Shown here in pieces: positions 32,132-41,874 of a stretch of DNA of 64,000 nt. A model generated the notes under the pieces. That model did no database searches and had not been told where the DNA came from. It saw only the letters and a program-made list of their open reading frames with translations. Every line of letters starts with the position of its first letter. Within the stretch, counting starts at the first letter, position 1. The DNA lies in IMG/VR virus record IMGVR_UViG_3300044797_000098, positions 124,001 through 188,000 of that record, one strand, 5' to 3'. The position numbers and the translations under genes were made by a program.

Positions 32132-32530
32132 TTATCTATTTGTTGGAAACGGTATTACTTGTGATGCAGGATTAGATTGATTTGACGACTGTTGAGAAGA
32201 TACGAAGTTTTGTATTTTATCTTTTAACATTCCCTTAGCCACCTGGAAAATTAGACCAGATAGAAGACCAGCGACTGAACCAAAAAGTAATCTACCACTT
32301 AATGATGTTAACCCGTCTGGGTAAGCATATTTTGTAGCAAAGTATGCTATTAGAGCGCCGATAGATGGCGGAAGCAATGGCAAACAAAGTTCTGTCCAAA
32401 ACTTATAGTTATCCAATTTAGGAAACGCATATTCGGTAATTGTGCGTATAAACCACATTATTACTGAGACACCTAATCCAAATAGTAAAAATTGCCACGA
32501 AAAGAGCTGAGTTATTCCATCCATATTCAT
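32132..32530 (-). CDS. Holin-like membrane protein (3 predicted TM segments, 132 aa)
   Basis: Three hydrophobic segments, LLFGSVAGLLSGLIFQ motif, polar C-terminal tail, MNM possible dual start. Confidence 0.55.
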   Translation of the reverse strand: MNMDGITQLFSWQFLLFGLGVSVIMWFIRTITEYAFPKLDNYKFWTELCLPLLPPSIGALIAYFATKYAYPDGLTSLSGRLLFGSVAGLLSGLIFQVAKGMLKDKIQNFVSSQQSSNQSNPASQVIPFPTNR

Positions 32531-33216
32531 TTTCTCCTCTTTCCATTTATTATCCTAGACACTGTTCCATTATTGATGCAGAATAAATCAGCTATTTCTT
32601 TTTGTAAATAATTTCCGGTAGCATACAAATTTCTAATCTCAATGATCACATCTTCACTAATTACAGAGTTAACTATCGATGCGTGTTTTTTAAACTCTTC
32701 AGATCTAATCTTTCCAGTATTCGCTTTACCTATTTTATCTTTTGTTTCTTGAGATTTTGGAGTACGTAATTTAATTTTTTGGGCCTCCAACATGGGAATA
32801 CCTTTATTATATGGAATTTTACCTTTATGAGATTTGGACATTTTATCTATAATTTCCTCTGTCCAAATACCCCTTCCTCCAGGTAAAACGTTATAACCTA
32901 TTTTTTTATTGGTTGAGTTAAAATACTTAATCCAATACATTTCTCTTATATTAAGCCACTCCTGATTTATTGCAATATCTATTGCTTCAACATTGAAATT
33001 AATAAAACCATATTTTGATATAGCTCTTGATATCAAATAATTTTTATTTTTTCCTGATTTATTATATCTATTCGCATCAGACCTATGTCCAGATATTCTA
33101 TTCTTGAGACCCTGAATTGTTTTACCGATATAAATTTTTCCATTTACCATATTAGTTATTTTATAAATAACCAACTTGATATTTGTAATATCTATATCAT
33201 TTTCTACAATTTTCAC
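32527..33216 (-). CDS. Free-standing GIY-YIG homing endonuclease with NUMOD3-like repeats and C-terminal HTH
   Basis: VIYKITNMVNGKIYIGKT; RE.YWI...GYN; SQETKDKIGKANTGK; QKEIADLFCINNGTVSRI. Confidence 0.9.
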   Translation of the reverse strand: MKIVENDIDITNIKLVIYKITNMVNGKIYIGKTIQGLKNRISGHRSDANRYNKSGKNKNYLISRAISKYGFINFNVEAIDIAINQEWLNIREMYWIKYFNSTNKKIGYNVLPGGRGIWTEEIIDKMSKSHKGKIPYNKGIPMLEAQKIKLRTPKSQETKDKIGKANTGKIRSEEFKKHASIVNSVISEDVIIEIRNLYATGNYLQKEIADLFCINNGTVSRIINGKRRK

Positions 33217-33220
33217 CTAC

Positions 33221-33257
33221 AATCTCCTATATTATTATATCTCAATATAGGTAGATT
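33221..33257 (-). promoter_or_regulatory. Hairpin sequestering the GIY-YIG SD, with TATAAT in the loop
   Basis: AATCT-A-CCTATATT-[GAGATATAAT]-AATATAGG-AGATT-GTAG-GTG; AGGAG lies in the 3' arm, 7 nt from the start. Confidence 0.7.
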
Positions 33258-33438
33258 AGCTTTTTATGAAACCAGCTCGCTCAAATAATAACTTCAATAA
33301 AAAATCTTTATCATACTGTGTTAAATCTGAAAAAGATTTAGTTTTAAACATAGCTAATTTATCATTGAGATCGGATTGTTTTTGTCTGGATTCTACTAAC
33401 CCAGGAATGTCTTTTGTATTTTTGGCACGCGTTTTCAT
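33256..33438 (-). CDS. Hypothetical protein (60 aa)
   Basis: SD AGGT, fills the gap in the operon. Confidence 0.55.
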   Translation of the reverse strand: MKTRAKNTKDIPGLVESRQKQSDLNDKLAMFKTKSFSDLTQYDKDFLLKLLFERAGFIKS

Positions 33439-33445
33439 TTTACCT

Positions 33446-33841
33446 TTATTGATTTGGATTTAGAATAATTTTTAAGAATGATATTGATTGATTTTCTAAA
33501 TCTGTTTTAGATATTCTTGCTAATGATTCCAGTAATTTATAATGCGCACTTCCATTAAACCTATATGGCGAATGCGGATCATACACTTCATCAATTACTA
33601 TACAAGGCTCATTATGATTAGTAAGATCTAAACACGCATAAATATTAACTGAATTAGGAAATGGCAATGGTATTATAACTTCTGTCTGTGGCAAAAAATA
33701 ATTACTTGATCCCACTGTAATATATCCATCATTAACTATTAAATGATATCCGTCCACATGGTATCCATCATATACACAAGTTAAATCTATTGAACTTGTT
33801 AGTATATCAGATGTATATATATTTTTATATGTTATTATCAT
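33446..33841 (-). CDS. Hypothetical protein with three DGY motifs (131 aa), possibly tailspike-associated
   Basis: VYDGYHVDGYHLIVNDGY; follows the tailspike gene; SD AAGGT. Confidence 0.6.
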   Translation of the reverse strand: MIITYKNIYTSDILTSSIDLTCVYDGYHVDGYHLIVNDGYITVGSSNYFLPQTEVIIPLPFPNSVNIYACLDLTNHNEPCIVIDEVYDPHSPYRFNGSAHYKLLESLARISKTDLENQSISFLKIILNPNQ

Positions 33842-33849
33842 GATTTACC

Positions 33850-36522
33850 TTACCCGCCACTTTGTCCATTAACAGTAAAATATATAGTATCAGAAAAATC
33901 CTGAAAAGATAGTTGCCCAGCCGGTGGGATCAGAGTCCCATCATAAATAAAAATATCAAACGATGTTGTTGTAACGTTTGTTACGACAACTAATTGATTA
34001 TAATCAAAATTTGAACACGTGCATGTTATATTGTATGTTTTACCATTTATAATGTCAATTGGAATGGCATTGGTTAATACTATGTGAACTGGATCTAGTG
34101 AGGCACCGCTATAAGTTATTGAATTAATTCCAAACCAGTATCCAGTAGGTTGAGATGCTGGTGGAACAGTAAATGACCCCCATGCTTTAGTTATATTATC
34201 AGCATATAGTGTATTTTGGAGCGCGCCTCCTACACCTAAATTCAAATGCCCAGGATTTCCGGTTATTTGGATATGCGGTTGTGTAGGATTACCACTGCTA
34301 TCAACCATATTTGCACCAGCCAATACAAGCGAAGACTGTCTGTATGTCCACAAACCAGATCCAGTTGATCCTCCCGGCGTCCATGCAAAATATTGCTCTG
34401 ATGTATCCCAACTAGCGTCACTCCAATTACCAGCACCAGGAGATCTTGTTTTTAGCATAAAATTGCCATTAACACCAGTATTAAGTGATGAACCAATAGT
34501 AACTAATGTTGCCTGTTTTGATGTATCATATGATATCCAATCAGATGTAGCTCCAATTAATCCCCAATAGCAATTAGCTGCTATTTCATATGCACCAGTT
34601 GTATTATTTTTATATGTCGTGATAGCGTTAGAATTACCGGTATTAGATGGAACAGATGTAAGTGTAGTTCTACCAGCGCCAACTGATGTAAACGTTAATT
34701 GATTTGTTGTTGTATAACTGATGCCAATGGTAGGAGAAATTGCAACGGCACCAGTGTTTAATGTAGTAGTTCCAACAACAGTTAGATTATCACCGATATT
34801 TTCGGAACCAGACACAGTCAATGTTCCAGTAGTCGGAATTAAACTTCCAGTGAGACTTAAATTACCACCAACACTAAAATTACCAGGCTGACTGCTACCA
34901 CCACTAATTGTTCCACTTATCATTCCATTAACAGTTAGATTTCCATTTATCTGGGCATTACCATAATTTAGATATAATAATCTTATCCACTTACCAGTTC
35001 CTGATGCAGTAGTGAATATATTTATTCCATCAGCTGATAGGCCAGTAGCATTAGTACCTCTATCTAAATAAAAATGCTCTTCATTACTACCGACCCATAC
35101 AACAGATCCTGCTGCCAATGTTGAATCATCAATCTGCTGTAATGCAGCGGTTGATGGAACTATTGTTCTCTGACCAGACGAATCTGACCCAAAAGTATTA
35201 TTGGCAACGGTAGCTAAAATGACAGTCTGGGGAACCGATTCATTAGTTCCAAAAATACTAACAGTAAAATTATTTGAAACGCTTGCATAAGCAGCAGTGT
35301 TATTCACAACACCAGAGTTTCCAGTGACCTCTGCTCTTGGCATTAAGTTTTTACTTGCTGGAGCTGAAACCCCATTAATATCTACATATACGCCATATTT
35401 TACATTATTTCCATTACCAACTATATAATTATTATTAAATAATATATTACATGCAGTTGTGCTCAAAATAGAATTGTGTATAGCAGCGGAAGAATCATTT
35501 GCCAAGTATCCATAAACACGTATTTTATTATTTACATATTCACATTTATCTGCATTATATCCAATGCCCCTAAACTCACCACCTAATGCAAACCCGTCAA
35601 TGAAACAATCTTTGACTTTAAGTATTGTTCCAGTGCTAACTGGATTAGCTGGATCTAATTGTATTGGATATGATGTTACACCATTTGTGCCTATTGATTG
35701 ACCTGATGAAAAATTAGCTCTACCAACAAATACCACATGATCGCACTCTAAATGCGATCCAGGTTCTTGTAAAACCAACGGAGTATTAACCGCATAATTT
35801 TGGGCTAATTTGTAATTTAAATCGCCAAGAATAGTTGGTTCAATAAAATTATCACCTATAACGAGATTCATAATTTTAGTTACACGCTCAAACATAAAAT
35901 ATGGTAAATTAGAATTAATTGCTCCATCGTTATTAATTCTATTAATGTCTGGAAGAATTTTAAATACCGGAGCAGCAGTTGATGTAACTTTTGGATATGG
36001 CGGACTGCCAGATGTTGGCGGAATGACTAACGATGTAGCGTTGACTATTTTGGTACCATACCCTTCGCCAAAAATTACTATCCCTGGTGGAACATTAATT
36101 GTATTTAATACATAATATGTTCCAGATTTAATAACAACTATACCTCCTCGTTGTATTCTCTCATATTGGGCAGGTAATCCAGTATTAGTATAGATAGCAT
36201 TGAATATAGGATTCAATATAGTATCTAATGATGGTACGGTTGGATCGAAATTAATCGTTCCATTTGCATTATGCCAGCTATCATAACCATCACCAATAGT
36301 GACAAAACCTTCACCATTTGATATTAATTGTGATATGGAAGCAGATGTTGCAGCCAATGCATCTGCAACCGTGACATACGATACTCCATTGATTACGATC
36401 GCTGGTATTAAATCGATTTGATCTGCACTATGGCGAAAACTTAAACCTTCGATATGAGTCTGAAAATCATATCTGTTCGTTGCCAATCCTCCAATAGGAG
36501 GAGTATATGTCGGTTTTGCCAT
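33850..36522 (-). CDS. Tailspike/fibre with pectate-lyase-like beta-helix (890 aa)
   Basis: GGIVVIKSGTYYVLNTINVPPGIVIFGEGYGTKI is a typical beta-helix start; later fibre-like repeats INGNLTVNG and VGGNLSLTG. Confidence 0.75.
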   Translation of the reverse strand: MAKPTYTPPIGGLATNRYDFQTHIEGLSFRHSADQIDLIPAIVINGVSYVTVADALAATSASISQLISNGEGFVTIGDGYDSWHNANGTINFDPTVPSLDTILNPIFNAIYTNTGLPAQYERIQRGGIVVIKSGTYYVLNTINVPPGIVIFGEGYGTKIVNATSLVIPPTSGSPPYPKVTSTAAPVFKILPDINRINNDGAINSNLPYFMFERVTKIMNLVIGDNFIEPTILGDLNYKLAQNYAVNTPLVLQEPGSHLECDHVVFVGRANFSSGQSIGTNGVTSYPIQLDPANPVSTGTILKVKDCFIDGFALGGEFRGIGYNADKCEYVNNKIRVYGYLANDSSAAIHNSILSTTACNILFNNNYIVGNGNNVKYGVYVDINGVSAPASKNLMPRAEVTGNSGVVNNTAAYASVSNNFTVSIFGTNESVPQTVILATVANNTFGSDSSGQRTIVPSTAALQQIDDSTLAAGSVVWVGSNEEHFYLDRGTNATGLSADGINIFTTASGTGKWIRLLYLNYGNAQINGNLTVNGMISGTISGGSSQPGNFSVGGNLSLTGSLIPTTGTLTVSGSENIGDNLTVVGTTTLNTGAVAISPTIGISYTTTNQLTFTSVGAGRTTLTSVPSNTGNSNAITTYKNNTTGAYEIAANCYWGLIGATSDWISYDTSKQATLVTIGSSLNTGVNGNFMLKTRSPGAGNWSDASWDTSEQYFAWTPGGSTGSGLWTYRQSSLVLAGANMVDSSGNPTQPHIQITGNPGHLNLGVGGALQNTLYADNITKAWGSFTVPPASQPTGYWFGINSITYSGASLDPVHIVLTNAIPIDIINGKTYNITCTCSNFDYNQLVVVTNVTTTSFDIFIYDGTLIPPAGQLSFQDFSDTIYFTVNGQSGG

Positions 36523-36539
36523 ATAGGGATGCTATTTTA

Positions 36540-37289
36540 TTAGCCTTTTGCTACTCTTATAATCTTGACTACGGTATTAAATTTTAGATTGAATTTCTCA
36601 CTTAATTGTCTTTTAGTATAATTATTAGTTTTATATAAACTAATAATTTCTTGTTTTATTTCAATAGGTATCCTAAATGACATATCTTGATTTTTACGAT
36701 GTTCCTTTAAAATATTAATATGTTCTTTTGTTAGCGGAGTTCGTTCTCGTGATGACTGAAACTCTGATTGTTTTAATCTTGCCTCTGGCGAGGCGGTTTT
36801 TCCATACATGGGGTTTTTTTCACCCAATTTATCTTCTGAAAATTTTTTCATATTTTCTTTTGAATGATGAAAGTTTCTTTTTAGGCCCGATTCTGATATT
36901 TTCTTTTTATGAGCTTCTGAATGTTTTCTGCCTGTCATTGACTTAATAAGTTTTAATTTATTTTCTTCATTTAAACCAACGACACCGTCTCCACCAATAG
37001 TCAAATTATATCCAAATTGTTTTTCGTTTGATTTAAAATAAGCAATCCAGTAAATTTCTCTATCACCGGAATCTTCTACATTACAGGTTTCTATTATTTC
37101 ATATATAAAATTTTCTTTACCATATTTTTTAATGGCACCATGTATTGCATTGAATCCTTTTTTAGGATTACTGTTTGCAACAGCAATATGTTTTTTAAAT
37201 CTAGAAAACGGATCTTTTGAGCGTCCTATATAGATCTTATTATTAAATTTATTTGTAATTTTATATATGTATGATTCGGGCATACTCAT
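36540..37289 (-). CDS. Free-standing GIY-YIG homing endonuclease with NUMOD3-like repeats and HTH
   Basis: YIYKITNKFNNKIYIGRS; REIYWIAYF...GYNLTIGGDG; HSEAHKKKISES; GEKNPMYGK. Confidence 0.9.
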   Translation of the reverse strand: MSMPESYIYKITNKFNNKIYIGRSKDPFSRFKKHIAVANSNPKKGFNAIHGAIKKYGKENFIYEIIETCNVEDSGDREIYWIAYFKSNEKQFGYNLTIGGDGVVGLNEENKLKLIKSMTGRKHSEAHKKKISESGLKRNFHHSKENMKKFSEDKLGEKNPMYGKTASPEARLKQSEFQSSRERTPLTKEHINILKEHRKNQDMSFRIPIEIKQEIISLYKTNNYTKRQLSEKFNLKFNTVVKIIRVAKG

Positions 37290-37318
37290 ATACTAAATTA
37301 GTAGTATATAAATAAAAA

Positions 37319-38926
37319 TTATAGCGTAATTATATGATTATGCAGTCTTTCTGCTAAAACAATGCCCGATGATACAACATGTGAATGACCTGCTGCAACA
37401 GATGTTACTTGATTTATTTGACTAACAGATGTTATCTTTTCACTAATAACAACCGTGTGGAAATGAGGAGGTATCCCAATAGAAGAAGCAACGCTTGTTG
37501 GTATAGTACTTGGAAAATTACTCGTATCATATGTTATTGGCACTTGATATATAGGATCTGTTTTTCGTATTCTCTGCATTGCAAACTTTTGAGCACCTGT
37601 TCCGTCCAAGAATAATTTATTTCGTGTAACATTTAATACTTCATATCTAAACTCTTGATTACCACATTCATCAAATCTAACAATAAAATCTCTATCTTTT
37701 ATTGTAGGAACTGGTATAGTCCATACATTTGGTTGCATTGTCGATTCTAATCCACTATCCATTGCAATTAAATCATCGACGCTCGGATCTAATCTAACCA
37801 GAATCTTACCATCACTACGTGCAGGATTAAAGTATTGTGTCCAACCTACAACAATGCCTGTGCCAAAACAAATATTGCAGCGTGCTTCGGGATATTCGTT
37901 ATATGGCAACATACATTTACAAGTCATACCTGTCCAGCGTCTTTGCACTAAACAAACAGGTTCTCCCGTTGTTGCCAATATAATTGATGATTGTATAGCT
38001 ATATTGGCTTCCTGTGCATTTAAACCTCGTAATTGCAAACCGACTCCGTTATAGCCATCAGCGCAACCGATTTGCCCACCAATATAACTTCCAATACATG
38101 CACCACTCAACAATAACGCAGGGCTTGTTCTACGATACCCGGAAAATAAAAATGATGGTGTATTAGTACTTAATGGAGTATTTATTGCATCGCTACAAGT
38201 TGCATCTATTGTTAAAGAGTCCGTTATTTTTTGTCTATAACCATCTGTAATTGTAAAAGGAAAATGTTCAATATCAAATCTATTCCAACATTCATATACT
38301 ACCGTGTTTTGGTCCTCTTGTTCCACGGGCCAAAAGATTGCATTCGGATCCCAATATACATAACCATCATATCCATCTGTATTATGGATTGTTGCTATGC
38401 TATTATTGAATCCTCTTTGTATAGCAGGATTAGTTAATACTAGATCATTATTATTATCTATACTAGAATAATTGATTAATTCACCGCCTAATTTTATTGT
38501 TCCAGATGAAGGGAAACCGCCAGTATCAATTAACGGTATTAACGAACTAGTTGCAGTTATATTGCTTGCTAAAAGACTATAAGGGAGAGTTGCCAATCCA
38601 TTATATGCCTGTGGCAATGTTGTTGGATCAAAAAAGGATGGATTATACTCCGCTGCTCTGACGGCAAAATGATATAATGTTCCAGGAACTAAATCTACAA
38701 TATTAACGTTAGTTGAGCCATCAAAAGAAACAAATGTTGGTGATTGTAGAAAAAAAGTATACGTAAATGCTGGCGCAATGAAATCGCTCATATAAATGTT
38801 GTACAATATCTTATTAGAGCGGTTAGTTGGATAGGCAGTAGCCCATTTTAAATTGATAGAATATCCATCACCAAGACTTTTGGCAATTGTTAATCCCTCT
38901 ATATTTACATTAAGGTAATAAGGCAA
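37319..38926 (-). CDS. Neck/head-tail connector-like protein with FN3-like N-terminus, Cys cluster and HxH tail (535 aa)
   Basis: DLVPGTLYHFAVRA (FN3-like); GEPVCLVQRRWTGMTCKC...CNICFGTG; PTIKDRDFIV...RYEVLNVTR; C-terminal HFH/HSH/HNH; TTG start. Confidence 0.55.
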   Translation of the reverse strand: MPYYLNVNIEGLTIAKSLGDGYSINLKWATAYPTNRSNKILYNIYMSDFIAPAFTYTFFLQSPTFVSFDGSTNVNIVDLVPGTLYHFAVRAAEYNPSFFDPTTLPQAYNGLATLPYSLLASNITATSSLIPLIDTGGFPSSGTIKLGGELINYSSIDNNNDLVLTNPAIQRGFNNSIATIHNTDGYDGYVYWDPNAIFWPVEQEDQNTVVYECWNRFDIEHFPFTITDGYRQKITDSLTIDATCSDAINTPLSTNTPSFLFSGYRRTSPALLLSGACIGSYIGGQIGCADGYNGVGLQLRGLNAQEANIAIQSSIILATTGEPVCLVQRRWTGMTCKCMLPYNEYPEARCNICFGTGIVVGWTQYFNPARSDGKILVRLDPSVDDLIAMDSGLESTMQPNVWTIPVPTIKDRDFIVRFDECGNQEFRYEVLNVTRNKLFLDGTGAQKFAMQRIRKTDPIYQVPITYDTSNFPSTIPTSVASSIGIPPHFHTVVISEKITSVSQINQVTSVAAGHSHVVSSGIVLAERLHNHIITL

Positions 38927-38934
38927 GATATCTC

Positions 38935-39441
38935 CTATTCGTTAACTTTTTCCATTAACGTTTCTTTTAGTTCATTCCTATCTTTACCTTTTCTATTATG
39001 ATGATCTAATAAATGATCGACGTAGTTTTCTGCTTCATTTTCACCAAACTCATCATCTATATATTCTATCTGACGTTTGAAGCCCTTTTGTTCTGCCGGG
39101 TTGTGTAAATAATCACCATCATTGGCGCCGGGCGTAGGGTGCTTATTATAGCACTGATCTAGCCAATGCTGTATCTCATGCACAGCGTACCCGTAATCTT
39201 TTACGAAATCACCATCACATAATAATTTATAATTGAATGTTATAACACCATGATCAGTCCTAGCGCTCACTGGGATATCAGCAAATCGCATGGGAATAAT
39301 ATCTATTATTGACGGGTCAACATCTTTTTCTTTGCACATATCTTTTACTATGTCGTGCTCAATTAAAAACTTTTTCATTCTATCTATTAGCTTCAATAAT
39401 GTTTTTGCTGGAACTTTTTTTATCTCTTCTATTGAATACAT
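38935..39441 (-). CDS. Zincin-type metallopeptidase-like protein (HEXXH)
   Basis: AVHEIQHWLDQ followed by YLHNPAEQKGF (candidate third Zn ligand Glu). Confidence 0.6.
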   Translation of the reverse strand: MYSIEEIKKVPAKTLLKLIDRMKKFLIEHDIVKDMCKEKDVDPSIIDIIPMRFADIPVSARTDHGVITFNYKLLCDGDFVKDYGYAVHEIQHWLDQCYNKHPTPGANDGDYLHNPAEQKGFKRQIEYIDDEFGENEAENYVDHLLDHHNRKGKDRNELKETLMEKVNE

Positions 39442-39442
39442 A

Positions 39443-40462
39443 TTATTTCCTGTTCATATTTGGAAATGATTTATATATTAAATTATTATCATGCATAAAC
39501 TTTCTTACCGTGGCTCTATCACAATTCAATATTTTTGAAACTTTATTAAAACTTTTTAATTCGTCGTATAATTTTTGCACTGTATTAGAATCAAGAAAAT
39601 GCATTGAGGATTTTTCAATTAAATTATCTATTTGATCTATAATTATTTTTTTTCTTTCTAAATAAACAGTTGAATCGCCGTAAATATAATTATATATATT
39701 TTTAACATCAGCTAATGAATTAAATGCAAAACTTCTAAGTTTTTCATCTATTGAGTTGATCCAGCCGTATTCAATAAAACAATTTTTATTAATTATATTA
39801 TATATTTGTTCCACAGCAGGACATGCACCAACCAAGCCAATATGTATGGAATATGGTTGTTCATTTCTTTTATTGAAAGAATATGACCCATCACCATCCA
39901 TATAGCCTCTAATAAAATGACGAACTAATTCGTGTTCAACTAGCCATTGTGGCATAGTATATGAATATGTTTTTTGTGGCGTTATACCAAATCTGCCAAG
40001 ATCGTCAAATGCTTTTTTAGATCTCATTATTAAATAGGATGCAAAATACTGTTCTTTAACACTCTTGTTTTTTAATAATAATGGAGATGGCTTTCTGGTA
40101 AAACTTTTTACGATGGCATTTGATTTTATGTGTTTTTTAAATAGTTCTATATGAGCTATATCTTTTGTGGCTAATTCCAGCTTTATATCATATGTGGTAC
40201 TCTTACGCATTCGTAAATTACCATCGGCAGAAAGAAATCCAGCCCAATACATTGATTGTTCATTTATATTGCTAAAAAAATCTTCATCACATACATATCG
40301 TGTTGAAGGATATGGTATATTATGGATTTTACAATTCTTTTTTAATACAACAATAGAAGTTTTTAGTTTTCTAACCACGTCCCAAGTCATATCAATACTG
40401 TTAGCACAACTATTAATTGCTTCAACTAATTCATCTTTTGGTATAACTTTGGCTCTAACCAT
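39443..40462 (-). CDS. Free-standing LAGLIDADG endonuclease (two motifs, terminal HTH-like segments)
   Basis: YWAGFLSADGN and HFIRGYMDGDGS; LERKK. Confidence 0.9.
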   Translation of the reverse strand: MVRAKVIPKDELVEAINSCANSIDMTWDVVRKLKTSIVVLKKNCKIHNIPYPSTRYVCDEDFFSNINEQSMYWAGFLSADGNLRMRKSTTYDIKLELATKDIAHIELFKKHIKSNAIVKSFTRKPSPLLLKNKSVKEQYFASYLIMRSKKAFDDLGRFGITPQKTYSYTMPQWLVEHELVRHFIRGYMDGDGSYSFNKRNEQPYSIHIGLVGACPAVEQIYNIINKNCFIEYGWINSIDEKLRSFAFNSLADVKNIYNYIYGDSTVYLERKKIIIDQIDNLIEKSSMHFLDSNTVQKLYDELKSFNKVSKILNCDRATVRKFMHDNNLIYKSFPNMNRK

Positions 40463-40527
40463 AAAAAATCCTATACTTATATGTGAAACTATTAGAATGA
40501 TGATATAGCATTATTAGGCATTTTATT

Positions 40528-40905
40528 GTGAATATAAAAAAAATACAGGAACTATCTGAACTATTTTGTATAGCAACTACATTGAATAATTTGCTAGACA
40601 ATATGTCATTAGAACAGGCTATGTTCGTATTAAGGCTATCGGAAGATGCAACAGAGGAAGATATTAAACGAGCATATAGACGATTAGCTAAATTGTATCA
40701 CCCCGATGTCGCTGGTGGTAGCGATATGCAGTTTAATTTACTGAATAAAGCAAAGAAAGTTATGCTGGAAAATATGAAGAATCAGGATGAGGTCGTTGTG
40801 GAACCTGAAAAACCTAAGGAATATGGCAAGTTGAGGTTAGTAAAGAATCCTGCTGAAAAAGGTCATAATTGGGGTGATTGGTACGATAGAGAATTAGGAA
40901 AATAA
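40528..40905 (+). CDS. J-domain (DnaJ-type) co-chaperone protein
   Basis: EQAMFVLRLSEDATEEDIKRAYRRLAKLYHPDVAGG with intact HPD. Confidence 0.9.
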   Translation: MNIKKIQELSELFCIATTLNNLLDNMSLEQAMFVLRLSEDATEEDIKRAYRRLAKLYHPDVAGGSDMQFNLLNKAKKVMLENMKNQDEVVVEPEKPKEYGKLRLVKNPAEKGHNWGDWYDRELGK

Positions 40906-40906
40906 T

Positions 40907-41827
40907 TTAAAATATTTGGCGAGCACGCAGGTGGCGAAGGCGTTGTAATTGCGGATTCATTGCGCTGGCACTTGCAATGGTAAGTGTTCCGAGACCATGA
41001 GGGGCCGGGCGCATTGAATTTTTAATATATTTAAGCTTATCATAGTATTGTGTTAACATTGTACTATACTGTGTTTCCAATAACTCTGCGACGCTTGGAG
41101 GAGTAAAAGAAACACCGTTGTCATTTATCGAATACTCGCGACCACGTTCAATTAACGCTTGACTTGCCAATGCCATCAACACCGCACCATCGACCAATAT
41201 AGCGTGAAACTCATTAATAATCTGTGTATCTTCCCATGTAAAATATGTAAAATATGGTATCTGATTAAATTCACTTAATGCATTAACAACAAATGTAGTT
41301 ATCATATCAGCAGAAAATATATCACAATTTACATAAATAGTATTACCATATTGATCTGTACTTTGTGCTAATCCACTATTATTCAATCTTGCCTTAACGG
41401 TTTTAGCAACCTTATTAATATTACGAATAGCGAGTTGTGAGAAATTGAAACCAGGATCGTCCCCCAATGCCACATAACCATCAGAATTAATTACTCTTGG
41501 AACATCAGTATTTACTACCACAAACTCAAAAGAATTGGCCAACTGAGTACCATTTAGTGTACCTTGCCATATATCATTCCATACACCATATGGTCCATTA
41601 AACGGGACTGTAAAATTAAATTGATATTTACCAACATCTAGTTGCATCACACCTGCTGTAGTAGCAGTTAAAACTACCAAACCTGTTGGCGCAACTATTG
41701 ACACGGTCGGAAAAGTGTCTAAATTAACAGGAATGCCCGCCATATTCGTAAACTGGGCTACCAACTGAACTGTACTATTGACATCGATTAATTGACTACG
41801 TGTTGTTAAAGTTGTTAATCCAACCAT
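40907..41827 (-). CDS. Head-tail adaptor/neck protein with N-terminal Ig-like domain (306 aa)
   Basis: GKYQFNFTVP...GVWNDIW (Ig-like), then helical ALSEFNQIP...ILVDGAVLMAL...YSINDNGVS neck-type pattern. Confidence 0.6.
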   Translation of the reverse strand: MVGLTTLTTRSQLIDVNSTVQLVAQFTNMAGIPVNLDTFPTVSIVAPTGLVVLTATTAGVMQLDVGKYQFNFTVPFNGPYGVWNDIWQGTLNGTQLANSFEFVVVNTDVPRVINSDGYVALGDDPGFNFSQLAIRNINKVAKTVKARLNNSGLAQSTDQYGNTIYVNCDIFSADMITTFVVNALSEFNQIPYFTYFTWEDTQIINEFHAILVDGAVLMALASQALIERGREYSINDNGVSFTPPSVAELLETQYSTMLTQYYDKLKYIKNSMRPAPHGLGTLTIASASAMNPQLQRLRHLRARQIF

Positions 41828-41874
41828 ATTATTTCCTGTATCATCACCAATAACTATTTATTAGGTATACTATT

